From a phage, in the NCBI GenBank assembly GCA_012178725.1, contig GCA_012178725.1_3030.1: DNA of 64,000 nt; one strand, written 5' to 3'. Shown here in pieces: positions 9,380-19,196 of the stretch (position 1 is the first letter of the stretch; each line of letters begins with the position of its first letter). The notes under the pieces are model-generated. The model had not been told where the DNA came from. It did no database searches and saw only the letters and a program-made list of their open reading frames with translations. A program made the position numbers and the translations under genes.

Positions 9380-9462
9380 AATAACCTCATCACAAAAGTA
9401 AATGTTAAACAAATTACTGGAATACTAATTAACCAAACAAAACACCACCACAATGAACTCAT
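9376..9462 (-). CDS. Micro membrane ORF, 27 aa
   Basis: Hand-translated MSSLWWCFVWLISIPVICLTFTFVMRLL*; preceded by 8-codon ORF MKIAEIEL* (9459..9485), ATGA-coupled. Confidence 0.25.
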   Translation of the reverse strand: MSSLWWCFVWLISIPVICLTFTFVMRLL

Positions 9463-9515
9463 AGTTCAATCTCAGCGATTTTCATTTTATTCTCCAAATC
9501 TGTATCAGTATTTGA

Positions 9516-9551
9516 TAGTTGTATAGTACCACGGTCCTTGTGGTATGTAAA
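9516..9551 (-). promoter_or_regulatory. T4-type early promoter
   Basis: GTTTAC ATACCACAAGGACCGTGG TACTATACAACTATCAA...GGAGAATAAA ATG. Confidence 0.55.
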
Positions 9552-9567
9552 CCATTTTGTGAAATTT

Positions 9568-10125
9568 TTAAATGGAAAGATACCATCCATTGTAGTTGCT
9601 TTTTCTTACAACCTTACGAAGGTCTTCTCTATCACCGATGAACTTCGGAGTGTACTGGATGACACCTGGATGAATTTCTTTAGTGTTGAATATAATTATA
9701 CAGTCCGCGACCTGGTGATTTAGAATGGGCCCTAGATTTATTCCAGAACCATATGGATACTCTCCGCTGCATCCTGTTGTTACAGAAATCCAACGTGAGT
9801 CAGTTTGATGTGTCTTAACTTCTACACGGAGCCCGCAATATTTTGGATGTGCTAAAACATCCCATGCATATGTGTACGGATCATTGACATCTTCTTGGCC
9901 TTTATTGACATATCCGCTTAGCCAATCTGCTACAAAAAACTCTGCGTACACAGCGATACGGCATCTTTCGATAACTTCTGTCTTATCCTGATTTGGGTTT
10001 TGTTTTAAAGAGTATCTTGCAGTATCAGCAATTTTGACCTTCATTTCACCAGTCAAGTCACTGTTCGATAGGGTAAATGTCGGAATCTGAAATAGTCTCT
10101 GTAGCCCCGGATTCGTTTTCTGCAT
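9568..10125 (-). CDS. denB: Endonuclease IV DenB
   Basis: 185 aa; T4 DenB size and position next to rIIB. Confidence 0.88.
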   Translation of the reverse strand: MQKTNPGLQRLFQIPTFTLSNSDLTGEMKVKIADTARYSLKQNPNQDKTEVIERCRIAVYAEFFVADWLSGYVNKGQEDVNDPYTYAWDVLAHPKYCGLRVEVKTHQTDSRWISVTTGCSGEYPYGSGINLGPILNHQVADCIIIFNTKEIHPGVIQYTPKFIGDREDLRKVVRKSNYNGWYLSI

Positions 10126-10170
10126 TTAAACTTTCCTTTATGTCGGAATCACTGATATTCATATAATAAA

Positions 10171-10197
10171 TCATAAAACAAAAGGGCCGAAGCCCTT
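10171..10197 (-). terminator. Rho-independent terminator upstream of denB
   Basis: GGGCTTCGGCCC (UUCG loop) followed by TTTTGTTTT. Confidence 0.55.
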
Positions 10198-10200
10198 ATT

Positions 10201-10395
10201 TTATTTGAATTGTGCAATTCTTTTCTCTAGACATTCAGCATAAGATTTCATTGAGATGAACTGTGAAAGCAGCAGTTCTTGCTCAACTGCACTAACCGTT
10301 AGAAACTTTGTGCTTTCTAAAAATTTGCTCAGTGCATTAATTTTGAGCATTAATTGATCGTATTCTTCTTTTACTCGTGCTTGATAACCTAACAT
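10201..10395 (-). CDS. Hypothetical protein (denB.1-like)
   Basis: 64-aa helical ORF between rIIB and denB, flanked by GGGCTTCGGCCC hairpins. Confidence 0.5.
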   Translation of the reverse strand: MLGYQARVKEEYDQLMLKINALSKFLESTKFLTVSAVEQELLLSQFISMKSYAECLEKRIAQFK

Positions 10396-10423
10396 AATTT
10401 TCCTTAGTTAAGGGCCGAAGCCC

Positions 10424-11362
10424 TTATTTAAATTGTTCAGTAACGTCTTCAACTACTTCATATTGGCAGGTACGCATTTTAGCATCATTGTAATCAATCG
10501 GAATTGATACTACATCACGTGGATGTACTTTAACTTTTACAACTCGGCTGGTTGAACTGCCAAAGTGACGAATATAAGATTTAGAACACACATGCAGACC
10601 ACGAGAACAAGTTTGTGTATCATCGTCATTCACACGAGTACGCGGCATTTTAACTACTTTACCAGGACTGTTATCAAAGGTATTTGAGTGACAGTCAAAG
10701 TAATTGCTGCGAACTACTTTCCAAGCATAGAAGTAACCATCTTCTGTAATTTCAATATCGTTTGCTACCAAGAAATCAAAAAGTCGAGATACCGCTTTCT
10801 GGCTTGGGTTTTCCAGCAGATTTTCCAAGAACGGAAAATAAAATTCAAAGTTTTCGCCTTTTTCCATCGAATCAAGAATACGATCAACCAAACCAGACCG
10901 CAATTCAATATTTTGATAGAATAAGCTTCCACCTTCAATTCGAACATCACCGGAAATATATTTTTCAACAGCGCGACGAACATTAATTTTTTGTGCCGCT
11001 TCTTCCAACTTATCCGCTACAAGCAGATTAAGAATTTCCTGGAAGTTTGAATGAGTATTAGGAGTTGCGTTATAAGTTACACCGTCAACAGTAATTGAAA
11101 TGAATTTTTTAGATGCATTCCAAATAATGTCAGATTTAGCAACTGGAGCAATAACTGCATCGCTATTAACTTTAACTGTAATATCACCACTAATAGTAAC
11201 TTTAGGGCGTTTAGCTTCTTCAGCATTTTTCAAAACACGACGGATTGTGTCAACCGATACACCTTGCCAATCAGCCAATTCCTGTTGAGTGTAATTACCA
11301 CTTGAATACAGTTTAACAATTTCAGCTTGTTCGTTTTTGGTCAGGCATTTAATATTGTACAT
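10424..11362 (-). CDS. rIIB: rIIB membrane-associated protein
   Basis: 312 aa (T4 rIIB size); N-terminal HTH-like region; immediately downstream of rIIA. Confidence 0.93.
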   Translation of the reverse strand: MYNIKCLTKNEQAEIVKLYSSGNYTQQELADWQGVSVDTIRRVLKNAEEAKRPKVTISGDITVKVNSDAVIAPVAKSDIIWNASKKFISITVDGVTYNATPNTHSNFQEILNLLVADKLEEAAQKINVRRAVEKYISGDVRIEGGSLFYQNIELRSGLVDRILDSMEKGENFEFYFPFLENLLENPSQKAVSRLFDFLVANDIEITEDGYFYAWKVVRSNYFDCHSNTFDNSPGKVVKMPRTRVNDDDTQTCSRGLHVCSKSYIRHFGSSTSRVVKVKVHPRDVVSIPIDYNDAKMRTCQYEVVEDVTEQFK

Positions 11363-11373
11363 AATTTTCCTTA

Positions 11374-13551
11374 TTAGGCCGCAAGGGCCTTCATAGTTTT
11401 AGCGATTTGGGAAACTTCATCATCACTTAAAGAGTTGCGATAACCGATGAAGTCGGAAACAATACGGAATTTCTTGGTAAACTCAGCAACCATTTTATCA
11501 CTGTTTTTTGAAGCATTATTTGATAATACATCAAAAAGATTAGTTACTGTCCAGATGTCATGACCGATGGTATCTTTTCCACCATTAAAATATACACCGC
11601 GCAATGAACTAACTATATTAGCGAGTCGTGTATATTCTTCAGAAACTTCATCTGTACTGAAGTACTTCATCATAAAATCTAGTTCAGGATACTTGATAAT
11701 TTTATCAATATATCGTTGAGCTGAACTTGAATAACCTACGTACTTATCATAATCTACATCATCAAAAGCATCTACATATAAATCACGCAAAGCTTCAAAA
11801 ATACATTGGCACTGACCGAGTTCTTTTACCTTTTTCTGTAAAAGCGGACGAATAACATAAAATTCATTAATGCCAATAAGATTAGCCATACGAATCAAAA
11901 TATTCATAGATGGATGACAAAGAGATGTAGTACCATCCATAGAGAAAATATCAGAACGATGCATATACGCTACATAACCAGTAATTTCATCTGCTTCTGA
12001 TGTGAGCGTAAATAGTTCCTCTTTTTCCCATCGCCCATCTTTAATTTCAAATTTAAATGCTGTAGCAGCTTTAGGACGAGGAGCTTTACTTTTAACTACC
12101 TTTGGAATATAGCTTTTAACTAAAGCTTCAATTTCTGACAAATAATGAATGTTAACTTCATCACTTTCAAACATCGCCATAATATCAGGAAGTAAATCAA
12201 TCTGCGATTCTACTTCCGGATTAATAAACAGAAGACGCTCATTGTGATGAATATTCAAAGTGTTATTAAATTCACTATCATCTAACGCGTGTGCTAATCC
12301 ACGGACAATATTAACACGATTTTTAATATTATCAATAACGATATTAATTTTTGTTGCATTAATACCAAACAGACGATAACTTGATGCAACGGCTGAAGTT
12401 TCATGACTTTGCTTAATGCGCTTCAGTCGAGGGTCAAGATTTACTTCATACACAACTCCTGCATTACATAACTTACTATCAGGTTCAAACATGCTTTGCA
12501 TCTTCTTATATGACAGATTTTTAGTCGTAAATTTGACTGAATTACTAATCATATAATCTCGAGCAGAATATCCCATCTTCATCAATTCACGATATGTGTG
12601 ACGAGGAGATGTAGATTCTTTAAATCGTTTTACATCTTCATTAAATGCTTTCTCACTGAGTTCTTTAACTCGTTCAATAATATTTTTACGAGTGCGATCA
12701 TCCAGTGAAAGAGCCTCGCGAGATGGAGCAATATCAAGTGAACCCATTGGAAACTTAATGTAATTCACTTCATTGCGAATGCTTAGCCAGTTACGGTCTC
12801 TAATAACACCATCGATAGGATAAACAATACCGCCATAGATAGCATACAATCCGCCGCGATCAGGCCAGTATCTTTCTGGATTTACACCGTAATAGTCATC
12901 AAAATCTGGAAAATAATCAATTTCGCGGTCAAGACCATTAATGATAGCCAAATCTTTGAATGGTCGCATGATATAAGAAACTTCATAAGCAAAGTTTCTA
13001 AAGTCTTTTTCTTCAACTGGAACTACAATTTCAATACCAGTTTTATCATCTGGACCCATTTCTTTTACGAATGTAGGTTTAATCTGTGGACCATCACCAT
13101 CCATATAAGCTACATAACCACGAATTTCACCTTTATGATACGAAGTAATACTAAATGTATCAGTATAACTAAACGGAGATTTAGAACCTAAACCAAATCC
13201 GCCAATGAAATCGTTAGATTCAGCCTTAGATGAACTGAAGTATGAATTATACAACCCAGGAGAATTATCATCACCTTGAATATCAAAATCACTCATACCC
13301 GGACCAAAATCTCGACAAACAAATCGTGGGTCTAAACGTCCAGGAATTTGTATGATAAATTTTTCAGGATTTCCATTAAGTGCATGAGCATCAATCATGT
13401 TAGTAATCAATTCACGGACTACTGCGCGAATCTTGTTTGTATACAAATCAGATGATAGAATTTTAAATACTTTAGGATTTGCTGCGATGCTAAATGCTTT
13501 TGATTTAGAACCATTACCAAGAATTGTTTCTTTTTCAGTGGTGATAATCAT
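11374..13551 (-). CDS. rIIA: rIIA protein
   Basis: 725 aa (T4 rIIA size); N-terminal GHKL-ATPase-like motifs ([17 protein letters not shown]). Confidence 0.95.
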   Translation of the reverse strand: MIITTEKETILGNGSKSKAFSIAANPKVFKILSSDLYTNKIRAVVRELITNMIDAHALNGNPEKFIIQIPGRLDPRFVCRDFGPGMSDFDIQGDDNSPGLYNSYFSSSKAESNDFIGGFGLGSKSPFSYTDTFSITSYHKGEIRGYVAYMDGDGPQIKPTFVKEMGPDDKTGIEIVVPVEEKDFRNFAYEVSYIMRPFKDLAIINGLDREIDYFPDFDDYYGVNPERYWPDRGGLYAIYGGIVYPIDGVIRDRNWLSIRNEVNYIKFPMGSLDIAPSREALSLDDRTRKNIIERVKELSEKAFNEDVKRFKESTSPRHTYRELMKMGYSARDYMISNSVKFTTKNLSYKKMQSMFEPDSKLCNAGVVYEVNLDPRLKRIKQSHETSAVASSYRLFGINATKINIVIDNIKNRVNIVRGLAHALDDSEFNNTLNIHHNERLLFINPEVESQIDLLPDIMAMFESDEVNIHYLSEIEALVKSYIPKVVKSKAPRPKAATAFKFEIKDGRWEKEELFTLTSEADEITGYVAYMHRSDIFSMDGTTSLCHPSMNILIRMANLIGINEFYVIRPLLQKKVKELGQCQCIFEALRDLYVDAFDDVDYDKYVGYSSSAQRYIDKIIKYPELDFMMKYFSTDEVSEEYTRLANIVSSLRGVYFNGGKDTIGHDIWTVTNLFDVLSNNASKNSDKMVAEFTKKFRIVSDFIGYRNSLSDDEVSQIAKTMKALAA

Positions 13552-13561
13552 AATTTCCTCA

Positions 13562-13765
13562 TTAATTCATATTACGTTTAATAACTTCGGCAACTTCTAG
13601 TAGTTCATCTTTAGTTGCAGTGTCGGATTGAATTTTATCTCTAATATCTTTAAAGCGGTTTTTAAATTCTTCGGCTTCTCCCATATCGAAAAAGCGTTGA
13701 ATGATTCTATATTCTCGATGAACTGCTTTATCAAAAAGTTCTAAATTTACTTTATATGATTTCAT
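13562..13765 (-). CDS. Hypothetical protein (rIIA.1-like)
   Basis: 67-aa ORF; early promoter GTTTAC-18-TATAAT upstream. Confidence 0.55.
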   Translation of the reverse strand: MKSYKVNLELFDKAVHREYRIIQRFFDMGEAEEFKNRFKDIRDKIQSDTATKDELLEVAEVIKRNMN

Positions 13766-13790
13766 TTCAATATCCTCATTTGCCCAATTA

Positions 13791-13820
13791 ATTATACCAC
13801 ATCCTTGTGGTAAAGTAAAC
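13791..13820 (-). promoter_or_regulatory. Early promoter upstream of rIIA.1/rIIA
   Basis: GTTTAC-18 bp-TATAAT; -35 overlaps gene 39 stop. Confidence 0.6.
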
Positions 13821-15640
13821 TACTGGCTCATCCATTCTTTACGAAGGTCAGCATTATCTCCCATGAGCATTTCAAAAAGCTCTTTCCAGTTCTCAGGAAG
13901 TTTAACAACATCATATACTGGATTTTGAATCATCTCACGATATTCAGATTTTTCCAAAGAGCCAAGTCCTTTAATATAACGGATGCTATGTTTAGGTAGA
14001 GCATCTTTGGCACTCTCATATTCAGCGACTGTATAAAACCATTCTTGTTTTTTACCGACCTGAGCGATGATTACAGGAGTTTTGACAAAGCGAATTCGTC
14101 CTTGCTCAAACAGTTCTGGCCAATTACTAAAAAATCCAAGAAGAGAAGGATAAATGCTTCCTAGACCATCATGGTCAGCATCAGTCATAATAGCAATATT
14201 ATGATAATTCAAGTTTTCAGCTTTTTCACCAAGAACTAGACCAGTGATTGCGCAAATATCAAACAGTTCTTTGTTTTTAAGCATATCTGCATAAGACATA
14301 CCCCAGCTATTAAGAACTTTACCACGCAATGGATAACCACCGTGAAGTTCTTTATCACGAACATCAATAAGATATCCGATAGCAGAATCACCCTCAGTCA
14401 AGAAAAGAGTAGTGTCAGCATCTTTACCGCAAAGATTCGCTTTGATATGTTTATGAACCTTAGCTTTAGAAGCCTTTTTAGCTGCTTTAGTTTCTGCTGC
14501 TTTTTCTGCCGCCAATTTACGAGCCAAAGCAGCTTCAATAATCGGCATTAGAATTGCTTCATTATTTAGAATAGCACGTGAAATCTTTTTAGCATCAAGT
14601 TGAATATGACTACGGATTTCACCAAATGGAGAAGTCAAACGCTCTTTAGTTTGAGAATCAAATCGCATGTTTTTCATATCACGAACAAACATAACGATAG
14701 TCAAACATTCTTTGACACGCGCTTTGGTTACATCAATTTTGAACTTACGTTTGATTTGTGGAATAAGGTCTTCACAAATATCATCCATAACACAGTCAAT
14801 GTGATGGCCACCATTCTTAGTATGAATGTTATTCACATAAGTTAATTGACGAAAACCATCCGGTGAACGACCAACTGCAATAGAACAATTTTCTTGTTCT
14901 TGAACGATAGCATGCTCATCATATTGGCGTGCATATTTCTTAAAATTACCCTGAACCTTTTTACCATTAAAGGTAAATTGAATATCAGGATAAACAACAG
15001 CAAGTGTCTGGAGACGATCTAGTGTAATGTCAAGATAAACTTGGGACAGCTCATTAGTTTCAAATGACATAAAATCAGGAATGAAAGTAACACGAGTTCC
15101 TTTCCATTTTCCTGGAATAGTTTCCCATGATTTATTTTCCATGCCATTTGAACAACGAACTACAATATTATTTTGACCATCGCCAGTTTCACCAACAAAC
15201 ATCACAGAAAAAATGTTAGTTAAACTAGAACCAACACCGTTCATACCGCCGGTGACGCGTTCTTTATCATCACCGAAGTTACCACCTGCTTTTGGAATAG
15301 TCCATGCAGCAACAGGACCAGGAATTTCTTCACCGGTAGGTGTTTTAACCATCGCTTGTGGAATACCGCGACCGTTATCTTCAACTGTTACTTGATTGTT
15401 TTTAATAGTAACGTTAATTTTATTTGCGAATTTAAACTTAGTACGAATACCTTCATCTACTGAGTTATCGATAATTTCATCAATAAGCTTAACAAGACCA
15501 GGTACATACTGAACACTTTCCCATTTACCAAACAGAAAGCGCTCATGCATTTCATTAGCAGAAGAACCAATGTACATGCCGCTACGCTTTTTGATATGTT
15601 CAATATCGCTCAGAATTTTAATTTCATTCTTAATCATCAC
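13820..15640 (-). CDS. 39: DNA topoisomerase II large subunit (GyrB-like ATPase), uninterrupted gene 39 (T4 39+60 equivalent)
   Basis: 606 aa; GHKL ATPase and TOPRIM-like motifs; one continuous frame with no gene 60 split. Confidence 0.95.
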   Translation of the reverse strand: MMIKNEIKILSDIEHIKKRSGMYIGSSANEMHERFLFGKWESVQYVPGLVKLIDEIIDNSVDEGIRTKFKFANKINVTIKNNQVTVEDNGRGIPQAMVKTPTGEEIPGPVAAWTIPKAGGNFGDDKERVTGGMNGVGSSLTNIFSVMFVGETGDGQNNIVVRCSNGMENKSWETIPGKWKGTRVTFIPDFMSFETNELSQVYLDITLDRLQTLAVVYPDIQFTFNGKKVQGNFKKYARQYDEHAIVQEQENCSIAVGRSPDGFRQLTYVNNIHTKNGGHHIDCVMDDICEDLIPQIKRKFKIDVTKARVKECLTIVMFVRDMKNMRFDSQTKERLTSPFGEIRSHIQLDAKKISRAILNNEAILMPIIEAALARKLAAEKAAETKAAKKASKAKVHKHIKANLCGKDADTTLFLTEGDSAIGYLIDVRDKELHGGYPLRGKVLNSWGMSYADMLKNKELFDICAITGLVLGEKAENLNYHNIAIMTDADHDGLGSIYPSLLGFFSNWPELFEQGRIRFVKTPVIIAQVGKKQEWFYTVAEYESAKDALPKHSIRYIKGLGSLEKSEYREMIQNPVYDVVKLPENWKELFEMLMGDNADLRKEWMSQ

Positions 15641-15664
15641 TTATCCTCGTTTGGTTTCGGGAAT

Positions 15665-15689
15665 ATTATACTCCGGTAATCATAAAGCT
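15665..15689 (-). promoter_or_regulatory. Candidate MotA-dependent middle promoter upstream of gene 39
   Basis: Minus strand AGCTTTA (MotA-box-like) - 12 nt - TATAAT. Confidence 0.4.
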
Positions 15690-15706
15690 AAAGGCCCGAA
15701 GGCCTT

Positions 15707-15967
15707 TTATTTAAAACGGATAGTCGAATCCTTGAAGAATAGACCAGAACATACGGTTCCTTCTACTTTCTGCCCGGTAGGTCCAATAGCGCGAAATCCA
15801 GTATGTTGGAAATCATTTTCAGAGCAACCGAACCAATTGTATCCAGTGATTTCAATATTAGTAAAACCGCTTGATGACAAAATTTTGGTTGCATTATCAG
15901 CATCAGTACATCCTGCTAAAGACACTGCTAATACTAATGCTGCGATAGAACGATTAATATATTTCAT
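15707..15967 (-). CDS. Predicted lipoprotein
   Basis: MKYINRSIAALVLAVSLAGC...: signal peptide plus lipobox LAGC. Confidence 0.5.
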   Translation of the reverse strand: MKYINRSIAALVLAVSLAGCTDADNATKILSSSGFTNIEITGYNWFGCSENDFQHTGFRAIGPTGQKVEGTVCSGLFFKDSTIRFK

Positions 15968-15971
15968 AATT

Positions 15972-16343
15972 TCACTCAAATTTAATGGCTTGAAGAAGAC
16001 TAATAATTCTCAAGCGACTTCTTTCATCTTTAACTGTAAAAGAAAGAGGGTCACCAGATTTCATAGTGATGGTGCATCCAAAATCAAAATCTTCTGTAAC
16101 TTCTTCGAAGAAGTCAAATTCTTCATCATAAATTAGAACATTACTCTGAAAGCTGTGAAGAATTTTTCCATCATTTCCAGATGCTGTACTAATCATTGTA
16201 ACATTATGACCTTTCATATCTTCAACGATAAATTCGCTTGTAGATATTACTGCATTAATAGAACCGTTCCTATGAATAGCAGAAAATAGATATTTCTTTT
16301 CTTCACCTTCGCGAACACGATATTTCTTACCGATTTTAAACAT
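15972..16343 (-). CDS. Hypothetical protein
   Basis: 123-aa ORF; TAATTATG junction with upstream zinc-ribbon ORF. Confidence 0.5.
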   Translation of the reverse strand: MFKIGKKYRVREGEEKKYLFSAIHRNGSINAVISTSEFIVEDMKGHNVTMISTASGNDGKILHSFQSNVLIYDEEFDFFEEVTEDFDFGCTITMKSGDPLSFTVKDERSRLRIISLLQAIKFE

Positions 16344-16345
16344 AA

Positions 16346-16522
16346 TTACCCTTTAAGTAAGTCGTAAAATCCACCATTCACATGCTTAGGAGCAGAAGGC
16401 CGACGAGTAGACAAACGATGACATTTAGGGCAAACATCATTTTCTCGTTCAGAAATCTTTTTAATTTTTTCATATTCATGCCCGCAATCTTCGGATTGGC
16501 ATTTATAATCATACATTGGCAT
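16346..16522 (-). CDS. Zinc-ribbon micro-protein (FmdB-like), 58 aa
   Basis: Hand-translated MPMYDYKCQSEDCGHEYEKIKKISERENDVCPKCHRLSTRRPSAPKHVNGGFYDLLKG*; two CxxC pairs. Confidence 0.45.
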   Translation of the reverse strand: MPMYDYKCQSEDCGHEYEKIKKISERENDVCPKCHRLSTRRPSAPKHVNGGFYDLLKG

Positions 16523-16524
16523 AA

Positions 16525-16950
16525 TTATTCCTTAAAGTGTGCTTTCAACATCTGATACAAGGACCATGCCTGTTCATTATTTTCAATAGTAACTTTCATG
16601 ACCGGGAATTCTGTGAAATCTTCTATTTGTTCTTGCTCTTTCTCTTCCTGCTCTTGCTCTTCAGCTGCCTGGTATGGATTTTCAACTTCATCAAAGAACC
16701 CAGCTTCGCTAGTAGAAAGCCAGATAAAGTTTTCGTCAAGGATATCACCATGTGTTGCATATCCAACTGTGCCAGTAGATGTCACAATTTTAGTAGGACG
16801 ACCAAGATGGTCAACATCTAAAATTTTAAAAGGATGCATACCTAAACGGCGCGCATAGATTCCGTTATCAGTATGATCTTTAATAAAATTTTCTTGAGCT
16901 TGTTTATTTTTAAATTGATACCATTTATTAACTTCAAATTTAATAGCCAT
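16525..16950 (-). CDS. goF: Hypothetical protein with acidic tail (goF-like position and size)
   Basis: 141 aa; acidic run [18 protein letters not shown]; position between 39 and motB. Confidence 0.4.
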   Translation of the reverse strand: MAIKFEVNKWYQFKNKQAQENFIKDHTDNGIYARRLGMHPFKILDVDHLGRPTKIVTSTGTVGYATHGDILDENFIWLSTSEAGFFDEVENPYQAAEEQEQEEKEQEQIEDFTEFPVMKVTIENNEQAWSLYQMLKAHFKE

Positions 16951-17165
16951 TAATAAGTTTCCTTCCAGTAAGTTGTGCCATCTTCAGTAATTTCACGAAA
17001 TACACCGTAAATTGGTTGTTTATCACCAACCTTTTCATACACATAAACCGAAGTCAAGTGAGTAAACTTAACGGTATGTTCTTTTTGAACTACTACCAAA
17101 TCTGGATCGAATAGTACATCTTCAAATTCGTCATTAGTGCAATTCTGAACAATTTTACGTTTCAT
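16950..17165 (-). CDS. Hypothetical protein (cef-like position and size)
   Basis: 71-aa ORF; ATGA overlap with neighbour. Confidence 0.4.
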   Translation of the reverse strand: MKRKIVQNCTNDEFEDVLFDPDLVVVQKEHTVKFTHLTSVYVYEKVGDKQPIYGVFREITEDGTTYWKETY

Positions 17166-17178
17166 TACAATTTCCTCA

Positions 17179-17448
17179 TTAATTGAACAGTGGAGCGATG
17201 CGTTTCAGAAGAGTAGCAGCACCTTTAGCGAATTTTACATCATGAAAAACAGTTTCTTCTTCCGTTACAACACGAGCTTTAATGTTTTCACAATCCCAAT
17301 TTTTGCGAACAATCTTCAAAAGCTGCAGTAAATCTTTACATTCAGCAATATCGATAACACATCCACGAGAATCTTCCATTATCGCACGATAACCGTAAGC
17401 CATACCATAATCATTGAAAGATTGCTCGATGATAATTAAATTTTCCAT
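17179..17448 (-). CDS. Hypothetical protein
   Basis: 89 aa from ATG (MENLIIIEQ...) with GGAGAATAAA SD; track ORF starts at an upstream TTG. Confidence 0.5.
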   Translation of the reverse strand: MENLIIIEQSFNDYGMAYGYRAIMEDSRGCVIDIAECKDLLQLLKIVRKNWDCENIKARVVTEEETVFHDVKFAKGAATLLKRIAPLFN

Positions 17449-17545
17449 TTTATTCTCCAAGTTGTTTTCTGTATCAGTAGTTGATATTGATATAGTACCA
17501 TAATCAACTACTGATGTATATAGTTTTATGAAAAAATTTTAAACT

Positions 17546-18037
17546 TTATGCATAGCGAGCTTTGCTATAGTGTTTAATCCAACTTTCAGGAATGACTTTG
17601 TATGTTCCTAAAAATACCGCGTTGTATAACTTAACGCCATCTTCTACCCATTGATCAGTAATGTATGCACACATAGCGCGAGTACGGTTAACAACACCTT
17701 CCTCACCTTCAGTAAATTCAAACTCATAAGGAGCAACGAACTTAATAGCCTGACCGAGTTTCCACTTAAAGTCTACACCTACATGCGAAGTATCAATCGT
17801 TTCAATTCCTTTAGCGGGAACAGCTTTCAAAAACGCAGGCTCAAGAAATTTCCATCGAACATAACCAAACTGAGGTTTAGACATTCCATCTTTAGGAATG
17901 ATACGCACTTTTACTTCAGAATCTTCATCTTTAACACCATGTTTAAGCTGAATGCTTACGACTTCAACCAATTTTCCTGCTGCTTTAGAACGGGATTTAT
18001 CAGATACACGAGCAATTTCACCGATATTAATATTCAT
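17546..18037 (-). CDS. motB: MotB-like DNA-binding protein
   Basis: 163 aa; T4 MotB size and position; shares C-terminal motif with adjacent paralog. Confidence 0.6.
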   Translation of the reverse strand: MNINIGEIARVSDKSRSKAAGKLVEVVSIQLKHGVKDEDSEVKVRIIPKDGMSKPQFGYVRWKFLEPAFLKAVPAKGIETIDTSHVGVDFKWKLGQAIKFVAPYEFEFTEGEEGVVNRTRAMCAYITDQWVEDGVKLYNAVFLGTYKVIPESWIKHYSKARYA

Positions 18038-18110
18038 AATTATCTCTCACTTGTTAAAAAGATTTTATACTCCGCAGGACCATTATACTCTGGTCCCAAG
18101 AGTTTGTAAA

Positions 18111-18611
18111 CTAGCTTACACGAACATTAATCACTGCGCTGCGAGGAACTACAGAGTACTCTCCAGCATGAACTACGTTCAGAAGTTCAACACCATCTTC
18201 AATCCACTGATCAGTTACCCAACCGCCAATCGGATTCGCGAATGGACGACGAATATAAACTGCCTTACACAACAAATCAGTCGGGTCTTCAATTTTTTCA
18301 ACTGGTGTTACATACATAGAAACTAAATCCATATCAATATGGGATTTTTCTTGTTCTTCTTTTTCAATTTCTGTCAATAAATTGAAATCTTCTTCATAGA
18401 TGATGAATGATGATACCCTTCCATAATAGTTTCTAATTTCCATGTACACTGTACCAATGAGAATTCCGCTATTAACACTAATAACAGTAAAAGGATATCC
18501 GCCAGTTGTACCAAGAAGTTCCCAAAACTTGCTATCAGTCGTATTCGACATTGTCTGGAAATCAATTTCAGATGGTTTTTTCATTTGATACGTAGTATTA
18601 ATTTTAATCAT
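18111..18611 (-). CDS. MotB paralog
   Basis: 166 aa; C-terminal ...GGWVTDQWIEDGVELLNVVHAGEYSVVPRS vs MotB ...AYITDQWVEDGVKLYNAVFLGTYKVIPES. Confidence 0.55.
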   Translation of the reverse strand: MIKINTTYQMKKPSEIDFQTMSNTTDSKFWELLGTTGGYPFTVISVNSGILIGTVYMEIRNYYGRVSSFIIYEEDFNLLTEIEKEEQEKSHIDMDLVSMYVTPVEKIEDPTDLLCKAVYIRRPFANPIGGWVTDQWIEDGVELLNVVHAGEYSVVPRSAVINVRVS

Positions 18612-18620
18612 AATTTTCCT

Positions 18621-19133
18621 TTAATCTAAGGTAATAAAGCCTTTTAATTCGGCATGCGATTTGCGAAACATTACTTGATGCCCACCAATGATAACTTGAT
18701 CATCTGGCACTTCATAAATCGCAATGTACATTCCACGATCTTTTAAGTCTTCACGCTCTTCTCGAGTAAACCATCTCATTATATCATATTCACTAGCGAA
18801 AGCAAAATGATATAATGCAATAAACCACAATGGAATATAATTTTCAATTCGTGAATAATCTTTATTCCATTTAGTTTTAATAGCATCATTAGCATTTTCA
18901 ACTAATAACTTATCATCGTGCGGAATAGGAATACTTTCATGACTTTCATAATTATCGCTATGATGATGAAATGACGATGAATTAATACCGCAAAATTTTA
19001 GCCAAGTTCGAGTTTTCATAGAATCAAATCCACGATAAGGAGTTGATTGAACACATAACTCTTGCCTAATTTTCATTATACCACTATCATCATTTAATGC
19101 GCTAAACGATGATTCAACACGATAAATTTTCAT
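18621..19133 (-). CDS. Hypothetical protein
   Basis: 170 aa from internal ATG (MKIYRVESS...) with GAGGATAATAAA SD. Confidence 0.5.
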   Translation of the reverse strand: MKIYRVESSFSALNDDSGIMKIRQELCVQSTPYRGFDSMKTRTWLKFCGINSSSFHHHSDNYESHESIPIPHDDKLLVENANDAIKTKWNKDYSRIENYIPLWFIALYHFAFASEYDIMRWFTREEREDLKDRGMYIAIYEVPDDQVIIGGHQVMFRKSHAELKGFITLD

Positions 19134-19196
19134 TTTATTATCCTCAGTAGCTATGGTGTTATAATACCACAACTGACCGAGGAAGTAAACAACTTT

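Noticed and set aside
10688-11288. Plus-strand ORFs antisense to rIIB (10688..10924, 10762..10986, 11100..11288) and minus ORF 10765..10983
   Set aside because: Lie wholly within rIIB in other frames; no independent signals.
14342-15395. Plus-strand ORFs inside gene 39 (14342..14551, 14600..14845, 15213..15395)
   Set aside because: Antisense to a highly conserved topoisomerase gene.
15570-16136. 188-aa plus-strand ORF
   Set aside because: Antisense to the gene 39 start, the lipoprotein gene and ORF 15972..16343; no SD; the minus-strand genes have clear signals.
17651-18565. Plus-strand ORFs 17651..18109 and 17952..18326, and minus ORF 18374..18565
   Set aside because: Overlap the MotB paralog pair in other frames; AT-rich artefacts.
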